Positions 21,009 through 31,186 of a stretch of 32,000 nucleotides of DNA are shown here, in pieces (the stretch's first letter is position 1; every line of letters starts with the position of its first letter). The DNA lies in the NCBI GenBank assembly GCA_004563595.2, contig CP042461.1, positions 510,001 to 542,000 of the forward strand, read 5' to 3'. The position numbers were made by a program, and so were the translations under genes. Source of the stretch: Candidatus Saccharimonadota bacterium. Its GTDB lineage: Bacteria; Patescibacteriota; Gracilibacteria; BD1-5; UBA6164. The notes below the pieces were generated by a model that did no database searches, had not been told where the DNA came from, and saw only the letters and a program-made list of their open reading frames with translations.

Positions 21009-21959
21009 ATGAAAGATATTAATATCACCTGCAATTCTACGCTTTCTTGTGTAATGAATAAGTCATCTACAGTCTTGTTAAAATATATTATAGCAACTTA
21101 TTTTTGAGGAGAAAATAATGATATAATTCAGATTTTTCAGAAAATTAAGAATATAGCAGCAATTTCACTTCAGGAGAAAGATCTATTTTTGAAATTTATG
21201 GAAACCTCTGAATTTAAACAGGCATTTATAGAGACAAAAGATGAATTTATAGTTTGTTGTGAAGAAAAAAATGAAATTATAAGTTATTCAAACTTGCTTA
21301 CTGAAGTAACCCAATTAGCCATTAATTGTAGGTGCATAGAGATTATGGAATCTTGAGATGGTATTTTGGACACAGGGAAAGAGTATTATTTTGATTTAAG
21401 GCTAGAGAACTGAAAAAAGAAATTTTATAAAGAAATTGCAAAATTTGGAGAGTATCAGTATGTGTATGATATCAGGACAATGAAGTTTAACATTATTAAA
21501 TGAAATAAGGTTTTACTTGAAAGTAATTATGAATTATCAGTAGGAAAAAATATTATAGGGGAAACTTGCACTTCTCTGGATGAGACATATCTTTTTTTTG
21601 GTGACTCTGTTATTCCTTTTAATCGTACATCAGAGATAGCAGAATCAAAATATTCTTTTTTTATTGTAGATGGTTATAATGCTAGGATTATTCGCATAGA
21701 TAAATCAGAAAAACAAGTGTGATATATTGAATTTACCTGACAGGAACTTTTGCGTACTATATGAAATTATGTACTTATATATGATCGTTGAGAGATGGAG
21801 TCAAATTGAGATTTATATATTTATTCATTAGATAAGAATCAAAAAATATTGAGTTGAATTAATTTCTGAGATTATATAATAGAGGATGGTATTTTAGTAT
21901 GATCATATTTAGAATGATGATCTGAAATAGAGTTTGATTTTAAAACTGAAAAAATTTAA
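21009..21959 (+). CDS. Hypothetical protein, 316 aa, probably translationally coupled to the nuclease gene
   Basis: ATG 21009 lies 2 nt after the upstream TAA. It has many TGA=Gly codons and TAA at 21957-21959. No recognisable motif. Confidence 0.6.
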
Positions 21960-21986
21960 GTAGCATCATTCTTAATAGAGGAACAT

Positions 21987-22020
21987 AAAAAAAGAGACAT
22001 CATACGATGTCTCTTTTTTC
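21987..22020. terminator. Bidirectional terminator between 21009..21959 and dapD
   Basis: aaaaaaagagacatc atac gatgtctctttttt. Confidence 0.8.
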
Positions 22021-22038
22021 CTGCCTCCAACAGGGTTA

Positions 22039-23091
22039 TTAATTATTATTATGAAGTTCATGGTTCAGTTTAATAGGCTTCTCATTTGTTAGACATACAA
22101 CTTGACCGGATTCAGAATCTCTACGGAAGAGTAGATCATCTTTTCCTGCTAAATCACGAGCTTTTTGCTGCCCATAAATTCCTCCTTCTGTATCGAGCAT
22201 GAGTACTTTTGTTCCAGCTGTAATATACAATCCAGCTTCTACAGTACATCGGTCACCTAATGGAATACCAGTACCTCCATTTGCACCGATTAAACATTTT
22301 TCTCCAACAGAAATAATAATATCATTTCCTCCAGAGAGTGTTCCCATAGTTGAACAACCACCACCTAAGTCAGATCCATCTCCAACGACAACTCCAGCCG
22401 AGATTCGACCTTCAATCATTGATACTCCGAGTGTTCCTGCATTAAAGTTTACAAAACCTTCATGCATGATAGTGGTACCTTTTCCAATATATGCACCAAG
22501 ACGAACTCGAGCAGTGTCAGCAATTCTGACACCACTTGGCACCACATAATCAGTCATTTTAGGAAATTTATCAACTGAACTTACTGAAAGAACCCTACCT
22601 TCTGCACGAGCTTGAAGCTGACGTGCAGGGAGTTCTTCGAGATCAATAGCTCCTTCATTAGTCCATGCGATATTTGGAAGAATACCAAATATTCCATCTA
22701 AATTTTGCTCATGAGGCTTTACAGCTCGGTGAGACAAAAGTGAGAGTTTTAGGTAGACTTCTTCAACATTTTGTGCTGTGGAATTTGTTTCAAGGATAGT
22801 TATTACTATTCTATTATGAGCATTTTCTGATCCTTTTAAAAATGAGCTAGTACCTTCATGTTTTGCAAAGATTTCTAGAAGATTCTCCAGAGTATAGTCA
22901 TTAACAGAGAGAGTGGTATTTCCTCCTGGATATCCAATATTTTCAGAACAAAGACGTACAAAGTCGTCTACGAGTTCGGAATTATTCTGACTTCGGACAA
23001 ATGCTTTATGATAGTAGACTTCTAATGTTTCTCCTTTTGTATTAGTAGTCTTTAATCCTAAACCAACTGCAAAAATTTTTGGTGAATTCAT
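22039..23091 (-). CDS. dapD: Long-form 2,3,4,5-tetrahydropyridine-2,6-dicarboxylate N-succinyltransferase (DapD, left-handed beta-helix acyltransferase), 350 aa
   Basis: Intact in the standard code. Contains YLKLSLLSHRAVKPHEQNLDGIFGILPNIAWTNEG, VDKFPKMTDYVVPSGVRIADTARVRLGAYIG, hexapeptide repeats, GSDLGGGCSTMGTLSGG and LLFRR. From memory this matches the ~340-aa proteobacterial-type DapD. GGGAGGG SD (rc of 23099-23105) lies 7 nt before the ATG. No TGA codon despite several dozen Gly. Confidence 0.85.
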   Translation of the reverse strand: MNSPKIFAVGLGLKTTNTKGETLEVYYHKAFVRSQNNSELVDDFVRLCSENIGYPGGNTTLSVNDYTLENLLEIFAKHEGTSSFLKGSENAHNRIVITILETNSTAQNVEEVYLKLSLLSHRAVKPHEQNLDGIFGILPNIAWTNEGAIDLEELPARQLQARAEGRVLSVSSVDKFPKMTDYVVPSGVRIADTARVRLGAYIGKGTTIMHEGFVNFNAGTLGVSMIEGRISAGVVVGDGSDLGGGCSTMGTLSGGNDIIISVGEKCLIGANGGTGIPLGDRCTVEAGLYITAGTKVLMLDTEGGIYGQQKARDLAGKDDLLFRRDSESGQVVCLTNEKPIKLNHELHNNN

Positions 23092-23188
23092 TTTTTTGCC
23101 CTCCCAGGCTTTGTTTTGATATTTGCATTCTAATCTATTTAAACTAGAAAAGTGTATTATTTATAGTAAATAACATCAATAAGTCAAA

Positions 23189-23221
23189 TAAAAAAATAGA
23201 TATTATTACGTATCTATTTTC
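23189..23221 (-). terminator. Rho-independent terminator of the upstream minus-strand gene
   Basis: On the minus strand: aaaatagata cgtaataa tatctattttttt. Confidence 0.6.
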
Positions 23222-23233
23222 TAGTATAAGTTA

Positions 23234-23878
23234 TTACTTATTATCCTCTTCTTGAAGTAATTTTTTACATTCCTTTCATTCATTTGAATACATAAATATT
23301 TTTGTGTAAAATGAGTAATTTTGATTGTATAGTTCATTTCTTACTATGTGAATTCTATCTTCTCTTAGTTCTCTTTGTCATAATTTTCAACTGGCTATAT
23401 TTACCTCTTCATTTGTGTACTCTTTCGTAACTTTTAATATTTTTGTTATAGATATTCATGTAAAGAAAAATTGTATAGCTTTAATTGCTTTATGAGAAAG
23501 TCCTTTTTCAATTAATTCATTTACTTCTTTTTGTTGTAGAATTTTTTGAGCTACAAGTTTCACGTTTTGTTGAACTCTTGATATGTTGGGAGTAGGATAC
23601 TCAAGAGAATCATGAATTAAATCTTCAATTTTATCTATATCATAATTGAACCTTTCACAAAAACTTCACAATCTCTCTGTATCATCAATGATTTTTTCAA
23701 AAAAAGATCTAACTGATGAATTTACTTTATATGATACAAGTGTATTATGTACCTCATGGATTAGCATAATATCACTTTCTGATAGAAATAAAAAGTTTAT
23801 ACATGTCAGTTTAGATAACTCTACTTTTGATATATTTATTTCAGTATTTTGTTCTATATAACTTTTAGCTGTATTCAT
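23234..23878 (-). CDS. Hypothetical protein, 214 aa
   Basis: Track ORF 23666..23878 continues through TGA codons to TAA (rc) at 23234-23236. Length 645 nt, frame consistent. Confidence 0.6.
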
Positions 23879-23940
23879 AAAAAAAAGGGACTTAAAAATT
23901 AAGCTCCTTTTTTTGTTGGCTGTAATATATTGAAATATTT

Positions 23941-24549
23941 TTAGAAGTCAAAAGAATCTCATTCGATTATTTGAATTTTTTTATATCAAGTATTTCAATC
24001 CATTTCGACATACATAATTTCGAGTTTTGTTCATAAAATATCCTCTATTAAATCTCTATATTCAATGAAATATTGAGGCCTATCTTCGTATACTGTAATT
24101 CTTGCAGGAATATACTTGAGATCAAATATAACATACCTAATAAGTGCAATGATTTTATCTTCTCATGTTTCTGTAACAACCATGTTAAAATGATCTATTC
24201 ACATATGTTTTACCTTTTCTTCTTGATACTCTCGTAAACCAGCAGTTAAAATCAATGATTTATGTTGATTTACAGAATTTATGAGATCTTTTGGAAACAC
24301 TTTCCCTTTATAATACTTACCTATTACTTTTTTAATTCCCAGCTTATTTGCTATCAGAAGATTTCATTTTTCACCTCTGTTTTTTTGAAAAATCTCATCA
24401 CTTTGAAGTCGTTCTTGAACAGAAAAAAGAGTATCATCTAAATCCATGACATCAAATTCTTCATTTTTCTTTTCTAGGTTTGCTACTTCTTCTTTCCAGT
24501 AGTTATAAAGACCATAATATTCAGTAAGTTTTTTTAGTTTTTCTTTCAT
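23941..24549 (-). CDS. HAD-superfamily hydrolase, 202 aa
   Basis: Track ORF 24364..24549 contains VMDLDDTLF (the DxDxT nucleophile motif). It continues through TGA to TAA (rc) at 23941-23943, length 609 nt. Confidence 0.65.
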
Positions 24550-24603
24550 ATATTGTATTTAATTTTATTTATATTATCTTAATTTTTTTATGAGAAGAAG
24601 CAA

Positions 24604-24630
24604 GAAAAAAGCCAGATGATTCTGGCTTTT
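24604..24630 (-). terminator. Rho-independent terminator of ileS
   Basis: On the minus strand: aaaagccaga atca tctggcttttttc, 7 nt after the ileS stop. Confidence 0.75.
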
Positions 24631-24636
24631 ACTCTT

Positions 24637-27600
24637 TTATTTCTTCAACTTAATTATAATATTCAAATCTCAGATTTCTAATTTTTTATCAATATCAGTT
24701 GTATCTAAACTTTCTACAACCGTTGAAAGTGTTTCAGATTCTATATTTTCTTGAAATTGAGCGAGTATATCATCAGCTCATTCTAAAGATACTTGAATCC
24801 TATCATCTACCCTATAATCAGCTTCCTTTCTTGATTCTTGTATGTGTCTTACTATATCTCTGTAATATCATTCTAGACGAAGTTCATCTGTGATATTTTC
24901 ATCCATAGCAATAACCATTCAGAAACCAGCTTCAATTAATGCTCCACTTTCTCAAGCTTCAAATACAAGTTCAAAGTCTCATGATGAAAGCTCAAAATGC
25001 CCCACTTTTACATCTCAATTTTCTAAGAGTTCAAAATTCCCTGATTTAGCTTCGGTCATGATAAATTTCACGTCTTTTCAAAACTTTGGTCCAATAGCTC
25101 TTCCATTTGGTTTACAAACCTGTTTCGCAAGAGTATTTCCATCTACTACAAGAACTTCTTTTACATTGAGCTCTTCTTTGATGATATCAATATAATAGTT
25201 ATCAAATGTTTCAGTAATAGTAATGGATTTTAGAGGTTGTCTTACCCTTAGTTTATTGTTTGCTCTCCAAGCTAATCCGAGGGTAATGATTTTTTGAATC
25301 TTTGCTGTATGCGTGTTTAATTTCTCATCTATGAGGTTAGAATCAAAAGTAGGGAAGTCAGTGAGATGAACAGATTTATCTCATGTCAGATCCTTATACA
25401 TGTATTCAGATATAAATGGCATGAATGGAGCTATGATTTTTGTAGTCTCAACAAGTACAAAGTTCAGAGTTTCATATGCTTGAAGTTTATCTCCATCATT
25501 TTCAGTTTTCCAGAATCTTTTTCTTGATCTTCTGATGTACCAGTTTGTAAGGTTATCCATAAATTTTACAATTGGTTTCGTAGCATCAGCAAGTTTATAA
25601 CTATCAAATCAGTTAGATACTTGTTTTGTAAGTGTGTTTAACTCAGAAAGTAACCATTTATCAAGATTATTTTCTATAGTTGTAGGAAGTCATTTTGATT
25701 CAAAGTTATCTATATTTGCATAGGTAGTGAAGAAATAATATGTATTCCAAAGTGGAAGGATTACTTTCTTTACTACTTCTTCTATTCATGCTTCTGCAAA
25801 CCTGAAATCTTGAGCTTCAACAACAGGAGAATTCATGAGATAGAATCTCATAGCATCAGCTCCATATTTATCAAATACAAGTGTTGGATCTGGATAATTT
25901 TGCTTAGATTTAGACATTTTTTGACCATCTTCAGCTAATATTATCCCATTTACGATCACATTTTTCATTGGAGCTTTATCAAATAAAGCTGTTCCAAGAA
26001 TAAGAAGTGTATAGAACCAACCTCTTGTTTGATCCAGTCCTTCTGCAATAAAATCAGCAGGGAATTTAAAATCACTTTTTGTATCAAAAGGGTAGTGTTT
26101 ACTGGCATATGGCATAGATCCACTTTCAAACCAACAATCTAATACTTCAGGAATTCTTTTGAGTTTTTCTCCTGTTTTTGGATCTTTTAAGAATATTTCG
26201 TCAACAAAATGTTTATGAATATCTACCTCTTCTCAGCTATTTGTATAGAAATACTTTATTTCTCAGTTTACAGTTTTTTCCTCAATTTGTCAGTATTCTT
26301 TATTGAGTTCATACATTTCTTTTATAGAACCAATACAAAGCTCAGTAGTTTTATCTTCATTTTGCCATACTGGTATAGCTGATCCCCAATATCTGTTTCT
26401 TGAAATATTCCAATCACGAGCATTTTCTACCCATTTTCAGAATCTTCAGTCTTTGATTTCATTTGGAGTCCAGTTGATTTCTTGGTTATTTTTGACCATA
26501 CGATCTCTTATTTTTTCAACAGCTACATACCAAGCAGAAATAGCTCTATACATAAGAGGTGATTCACACCTCCAGCAATGTGGGTATGAATGATCATATG
26601 TATTTATTTGAAGAGTTGATCCTTGTTTTTTGAGAGCTTCAATAACTAATTCATTGAAATCAAATACTTGAACTCAGTTGTTTTCAAGTAAGTTTTCAGT
26701 ATTTCCATTATCTGCGATATGACTTACAAAACCAAGTTTTTCATTTTTCCCAATTTGGTAATCATCTTCTCCATAAGCAGGAGCTATATGAACGATACCA
26801 GTACCAGACTCTGTTGTAACATGATGACCGATAACTACAGAATAAGTATTCGTATCAAAGTTCATCCCTTGAGGCATATTATCAGAGTCAGCGAGAGTTT
26901 GGAAATCCATAAATAATGGATCATATTTAATTCATTCTAAACATTTTCATTTATATTCTCTTGTGATGACATAATCATCTTCATTTTTATAGTATGCTGA
27001 GATTCTATCTCTTGCCATGATATATGTTTCTTCCGTTTTATGATCAAGTAATTCTACGTAATCAATATCTACTCAAACAGCAAGTCAGAGATTTGCAACT
27101 AGTGTCCATGGAGTGGTAGTCCAAGCGAGGATATACTTGCTTTCATTTCCTTGTACTTTGAATTTTACGGTTGCTGTTTTATCTTGAACGTCTTTATATC
27201 CTTGATTTACTTCGAAGTTTGAGAGGGGAGTACTACATCTAGGACAGTATGGTACTACTCTATATCCTTCATAGATAAGTCCTTTTTTATAGAGTTCAGA
27301 ATATACCCACCAAACAGATTCCATGAAGTCGGTATCCATAGTCTTATAATCATTTTCCATATCTACCCATCTTCCCATCCTATTTACTGTTTTTTTCCAT
27401 TCATTTGCGTAGGTAAATACATTTTCTCTACATGTTTCATTGAATTTATGTACTCAGATTTTTCATTCGATATCATCTTTCCCTGAAATTTCTAGTTTTT
27501 TCTCAACGATATTTTCGATAGGGAGTCCATGACAATCCCATCCAAATTTTCTATGAACTTGTTTTCATTTCATAGTTTGATATCTTGGTATTACATCTTT

Positions 27601-27798
27601 GATAGTACCAGCAAGGATATGACCATAATGGGGAGTTCCCGTTGCAAATGGAGGTCCGTCATAAAAATTGAACTCTTCAGAGTCTTTTCTGTTTTCTATA
27701 GATTGCTCAAAGATTTTATTCTCTTCCCAGAATTTTAATATACCTTCCTCAAGTTTTGGGAATGATTGTTTTGGGTTTACTTTTTTGAAGTTTGTCAT
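24637..27798 (-). CDS. ileS: Isoleucyl-tRNA synthetase, type 2 (long, eukaryote-like form), 1053 aa
   Basis: Track fragments 27565..27798, 27085..27378, 26674..26910 and 25786..26115 share one frame. HIGH region is [20 protein letters not shown] and KMSKS is [15 protein letters not shown] read every in-frame triplet from 25785 down to 24637. The first TAA/TAG (rc tta) is at 24637-24639. Confidence 0.93.
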
Positions 27799-28129
27799 TG
27801 GTTTGTGTTAGATTTAAAGTTTACTTAATTAAAAATGCCATTTGCAAAATTTTTTCTCATATAATTCATCAAATTATTATACCTATAATGACATTTGTTA
27901 ATGAGAAAATATATTTTAAATATTCTTTTTGAGAATTTAAGCTTTTATATAATAATATTGATGAAATATTTATACTGATTAGTAAGAATGCTACTCATAA
28001 GAATACTTGAATTTTTTCATGAGCTGACATTATGTTTATTGAGAATATCGTTCAAAAAATAATTAGTACTATTCATGAAAAAAATAATTTTTTATTATGC
28101 TTCATGTTTTAATATTGTTATATTTTAAA

Positions 28130-28217
28130 TGGAGGAAGGGACGGGATTCGAACCCGCGGTGTCGTGAGACACACACGCTTTCCAAGCGTGCTCTTTCAAC
28201 CACTCAGACACCCTTCC
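28130..28217 (-). tRNA. tRNA-Ser (anticodon GGA), type II with long variable arm and encoded CCA
   Basis: rc reads GGAAGGG UG UCU GAGUGGUUGAA AGA G CACGC UUGGAAA GCGUG UGUGUCUCACGACACC GCGGG UUCGAAU CCCGU CCCUUCC U CCA. All four stems pair and the T-loop is UUCGAAU. Track ORF 28097..28315 on the opposite strand is spurious. Confidence 0.85.
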
Positions 28218-28286
28218 ATTTAGTTTTGTGTCGTTTTCGGACGAATAGCCTCATCCTAACCTTCTCCTTCTTAGGAGATAGGGATA

Positions 28287-28538
28287 TTATCCTATCTCTT
28301 CCTCTAAATCCTTAATCATAGCTAATGCTTCATCTTTATAATCTTGATCTTTTAATTCAGAATAAAGCGTTGCTTCATCAGCTATATCAGAAACCTCTTC
28401 TATTTCTGCTTGGGTTAAGTTTGGAGAATACATATATTCTAAAATATAATCTAGAGACTTAAAATCATCTTTTTCAAGTGCTTCTTTTAATTTTGATATA
28501 CAATCATCGTATAGTTTTTTGAGATCTGTTTTTTTCAT
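28287..28538 (-). CDS. Small acidic hypothetical protein, 83 aa
   Basis: Complete ORF with a TAA stop, starting 6 nt after the CYTH gene stop. D/E-rich helical sequence. Confidence 0.5.
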   Translation of the reverse strand: MKKTDLKKLYDDCISKLKEALEKDDFKSLDYILEYMYSPNLTQAEIEEVSDIADEATLYSELKDQDYKDEALAMIKDLEEEIG

Positions 28539-28544
28539 GCTTTT

Positions 28545-29117
28545 TTAGTTATTATGTATTTTTAAAAGAATTTCATAAAGTTCAAAATTTTGGTGCATTG
28601 CTGCATTTCAAACTTTTCCCTCATCAATATTTATACCTGCATTGAGTCAAAGCTCTGACCTAAGTCACGTTATAAGTTCCTCTGCATTTATTCATGCATC
28701 ATCATCTAATAGTAATTCTATTTCATATCTTGATCAATACTGATAAATATCAAAATCAAAAGTAAAATTATAATTCTGATACTTATATGTATATTTTTCT
28801 CGTTGAGTGATTACTTTTACTACTCAACTCGTATCATCAATATTAAAATCAAACTTTTTAAGTTTTATATTAATTTCATCTTCATCATCATATTCATAAG
28901 CTTTTTCTACATTACTTGTATTATCATAGCTATAAATTTTCAATTCATATATTCCATTTCTCATTCTGAGATGATAGTTATTTTTCATAAGAGTAAAGTC
29001 TGAATTATCTAGATAATAATCTATTAATTCTTTTTCTTCTACAAACTCACACTTATCTTTAATTATTTCATAATCATGATCTGTAATTTCATATTTTTTT
29101 TCGATTTCTATTTTCAT
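28545..29117 (-). CDS. CYTH-domain (triphosphate tunnel metalloenzyme) protein, 190 aa
   Basis: The N-terminus MKIEIEKKYEI carries the ExExK signature. Track ORF 28824..29117 continues through TGA to TAA (rc) at 28545-28547, length 573 nt. Confidence 0.7.
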
Positions 29118-29128
29118 GTTATTTTAGT

Positions 29129-29533
29129 TTAGTTATATGTATTATCATGCTCTTGTTTGAGTCTTTCTTTTTGTATTGCTTTTATTTCTTGCCAAGTAGA
29201 ACCTGTTTCCATTCCAGATACCCTGTCCTCAAACTTTTTATATGACCTATTAAATACATTTTTACTATTTATATATCATTCATTCTCAAGTCTATCTAAA
29301 AGATTTATGTATGTCCAAAATACATCTCAGAGTTCATCCTCTAGGTAAACGGAGTTTTTTTCTTTTATTTCATTTGATGCTTCTTTTAGTTCTCAAGCCA
29401 TTTCTTTTATATAAATCTTATGACTATTCCAGTCACCATTATCTATATAATTAGGTGATTCTTTTGCTAATTTATTATTTGCATGAACCTTCCTCTTTGC
29501 TAATTCAAAAAACTTTGGAATGTTGTTTATCAT
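29129..29533 (-). CDS. MazG-like nucleoside triphosphate pyrophosphohydrolase, 134 aa
   Basis: ATG (rc) 29531-29533, TAA (rc) 29129-29131. Contains MAGELKEASNEI...YLEDELGDVFWTYINLLDRL, the paired acidic-helix motif EExxE/D...ExxD of all-alpha NTP-PPases. Confidence 0.6.
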
Positions 29534-29545
29534 AGTTCTTGCATT

Positions 29546-29589
29546 AAAAAACTAAAAAAGCATAAAAAAATATTATTTTTTTATGCTTT
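29546..29589 (-). terminator. Rho-independent terminator inside the 5' leader of the MazG operon
   Basis: On the minus strand: aaagcataaaaaaa taata tttttttatgcttt followed by tttagtttttt. A perfect 14-bp stem (29557-29570 / 29576-29589). Confidence 0.7.
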
Positions 29590-29744
29590 CGGTCCTTGCG
29601 GAAGTTACCACCTAAAGCTATACTTGATTTTATTTTTATGACGAAGATTTTCGACTTCGGGAGGGTCTAATAAGATATGACATCCGTTCTTCCTCAAGCT
29701 CACAGTTGATATCTGTTCAATCGCTTTTTATTGCCTCTAGTATA
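29590..29744 (-). promoter_or_regulatory. Candidate T-box-like leader RNA (antiterminator competing with the terminator) with its own promoter
   Basis: Minus strand: TTGCTT (rc 29761-29766), N16, TATACT (rc 29739-29744). Downstream lies a locally G+C-richer ~140 nt ending in gcuuuagg UGGUAAC uucc GCAA gga ccgaaagc. This forms helix A1 (7 of 8 pairs), a 7-nt bulge UGGUAAC (T-box consensus UGGNACC) and helix A2 with a GNRA loop. The 3' strand of A1 (rc 29585-29592) overlaps the terminator 5' arm. Confidence 0.4.
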
Positions 29745-29767
29745 TATTTTTTACTTATGAAAGCAAA

Positions 29768-30079
29768 TTAATTATTTCGAAGTGTTTTTGTATCCATTAT
29801 ATCGTGAATCGTCCTTCTTTTATTTGTTCAATAAAGTATTTTTTCTATTATTTCTAGGTCTTCTATTTTTGAGAGATCTAATTTTTCTCAATTTCCTTTT
29901 ATTCATTCATCTTTTTCTCAATCTAATTCTAGAATTTCTCTAAATCGAATAGAGTATTTATTTACCCAAGGAAGAGTTACTTCATTAATGGTTTCTCAAT
30001 TAGATAATTTTTCTCAGCTATGTCTAACGGCTAAAATTACTTGAGTATAATAGATGTCACGTATTTCTGGAGGAGTCAT
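29768..30079 (-). CDS. Hypothetical protein, 103 aa
   Basis: ATG (rc) 30077-30079, TAA (rc) 29768-29770, several TGA=Gly codons. Starts 15 nt after the upstream gene's stop. Confidence 0.5.
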
Positions 30080-30094
30080 GTCTGTATTTTTTAT

Positions 30095-31165
30095 TTAATC
30101 AATAAACTCAGTACAGTAGTGCGTTGTTACATAATAGTTATAATAGTTTTTTCATCACCATCCGTTTTCATCTACAGGAGCATCACTGATTGCAAGTCAT
30201 AATCATATTTTTGATATATCTGCATGAGTTATTGCCTTATAATGTGCATTAGCTGGGTAGGAAAGTCATTTTTCAGCCATGTATATATCAAAAATTTCTT
30301 TGAGTGAGTTTATGAGTTCATCAGTACAGTCATTATCAGTACATTTATAACCATATTTTCAAATACTTTCACTGCTGGTGGCTCTATTTTTCACTTTACA
30401 GATTACTCATCTATCATTAAACCATTTTTCTATTACTTTATAATCATAATATACATCAAAATAGTTTCTTTTATGCTCCATTACTCATTTTTGATCACTT
30501 ATATATGACCATTCATATGCTGAATTATCAAGCCTAGAATCATATGTATAGAGTGATACTCAAAGATCTCTCCTTGCTGTATTATGCCAATCTTTCCAAG
30601 TACTTTTTACTTTATTCATATCAATTTTATATTTTTTGTAATGACGTGTATATGTTGGTTCGAGGCTTATTTTTTTTGTTCAAACAATAATTTCATTAAT
30701 AATGACATATTTTTTTGTGCCTTCTTTGAGTTTCCTTAAAGTTTTCTCAAGTTTATAAATGAGGACTTCTTTATATTTTATTCATTTTGAATTCACGAGT
30801 TTTTTAATTTTTCCAATTACTTTTCCAGCAATTTTTTTATCACTACTTGATATAATATATTTTTTCGTGAGTATTTTATCTGATTTCTTTAATGATTGAT
30901 CCCATACCCATCAAGTACTCCCATTATCAAGCTCTATTTTATAGTATGAATCAACTTTTGCAATAATATTATAGGTTTCACCAGCTTTTACTCATCATAT
31001 TACCGTTGATTTATTTTTACAGGGGTAATTCCTGATATTTGATCAAAACTTTACTTCAGCAACAAAAGTTATACTTTCTGGTTTAAAAGTATCACATGCA
31101 TTCGTTGCAAAGCTATTTCAATAAGAAATGAAGAGTAGGACTATAATTAAGAGTATTTTTTTCAT
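30095..31165 (-). CDS. Secreted SH3b plus CAP/SCP/PR-1-like (YkwD-type) domain protein, 356 aa
   Basis: ATG (rc) 31163-31165, TAA (rc) 30095-30097, length 1071 nt. Signal peptide MKKILLIIVLLFISYGNSFA. SH3b-like IRNYPCKNKSTVIGGVKAGETYNIIAKVDSYYKIELDNGSTGWVW. CAP-like WHNTARRDLGVSLYTYDSRLDNSAYEWS...HKR...AHYKAITHADISKIGLGLAI. Confidence 0.7.
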
Positions 31166-31186
31166 AGAGAGTCTGGTAATTGGATA

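Noticed and set aside
23666-23878. HEVH in LIHEVHNTL as a zinc-metalloprotease HExxH motif
   Set aside because: The spacing is HExH, not HExxH, and there is no supporting third ligand motif. The gene is kept as hypothetical.
1-27798. Fragmented ClpC, SOD, MoxR, Bat, nuclease and IleRS ORFs in the standard-code track, which look like a run of pseudogenes or frameshifts
   Set aside because: All the breaks are TGA, they stay in frame, and they fall on conserved glycine positions. Reading TGA as Gly restores full-length proteins ending in TAA or TAG. This is recoding, not gene decay.
28097-28315. 72-aa plus-strand ORF
   Set aside because: It overlaps the reverse complement of a well-folding tRNA-Ser. 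The sequence RDSNPRCRE is the typical translation artefact of a tRNA T-arm.
29590-29744. SRP (4.5S) RNA, 6S RNA or another housekeeping sRNA as the identity of the G+C-richer intergenic block
   Set aside because: I could not find the SRP domain IV signature (GGAA-type tetraloop flanked by AGCA/GGCA-style loops), and the length does not fit 6S or RNase P. The bulged-helix-plus-terminator layout fits a cis-acting leader better. This remains unverified.
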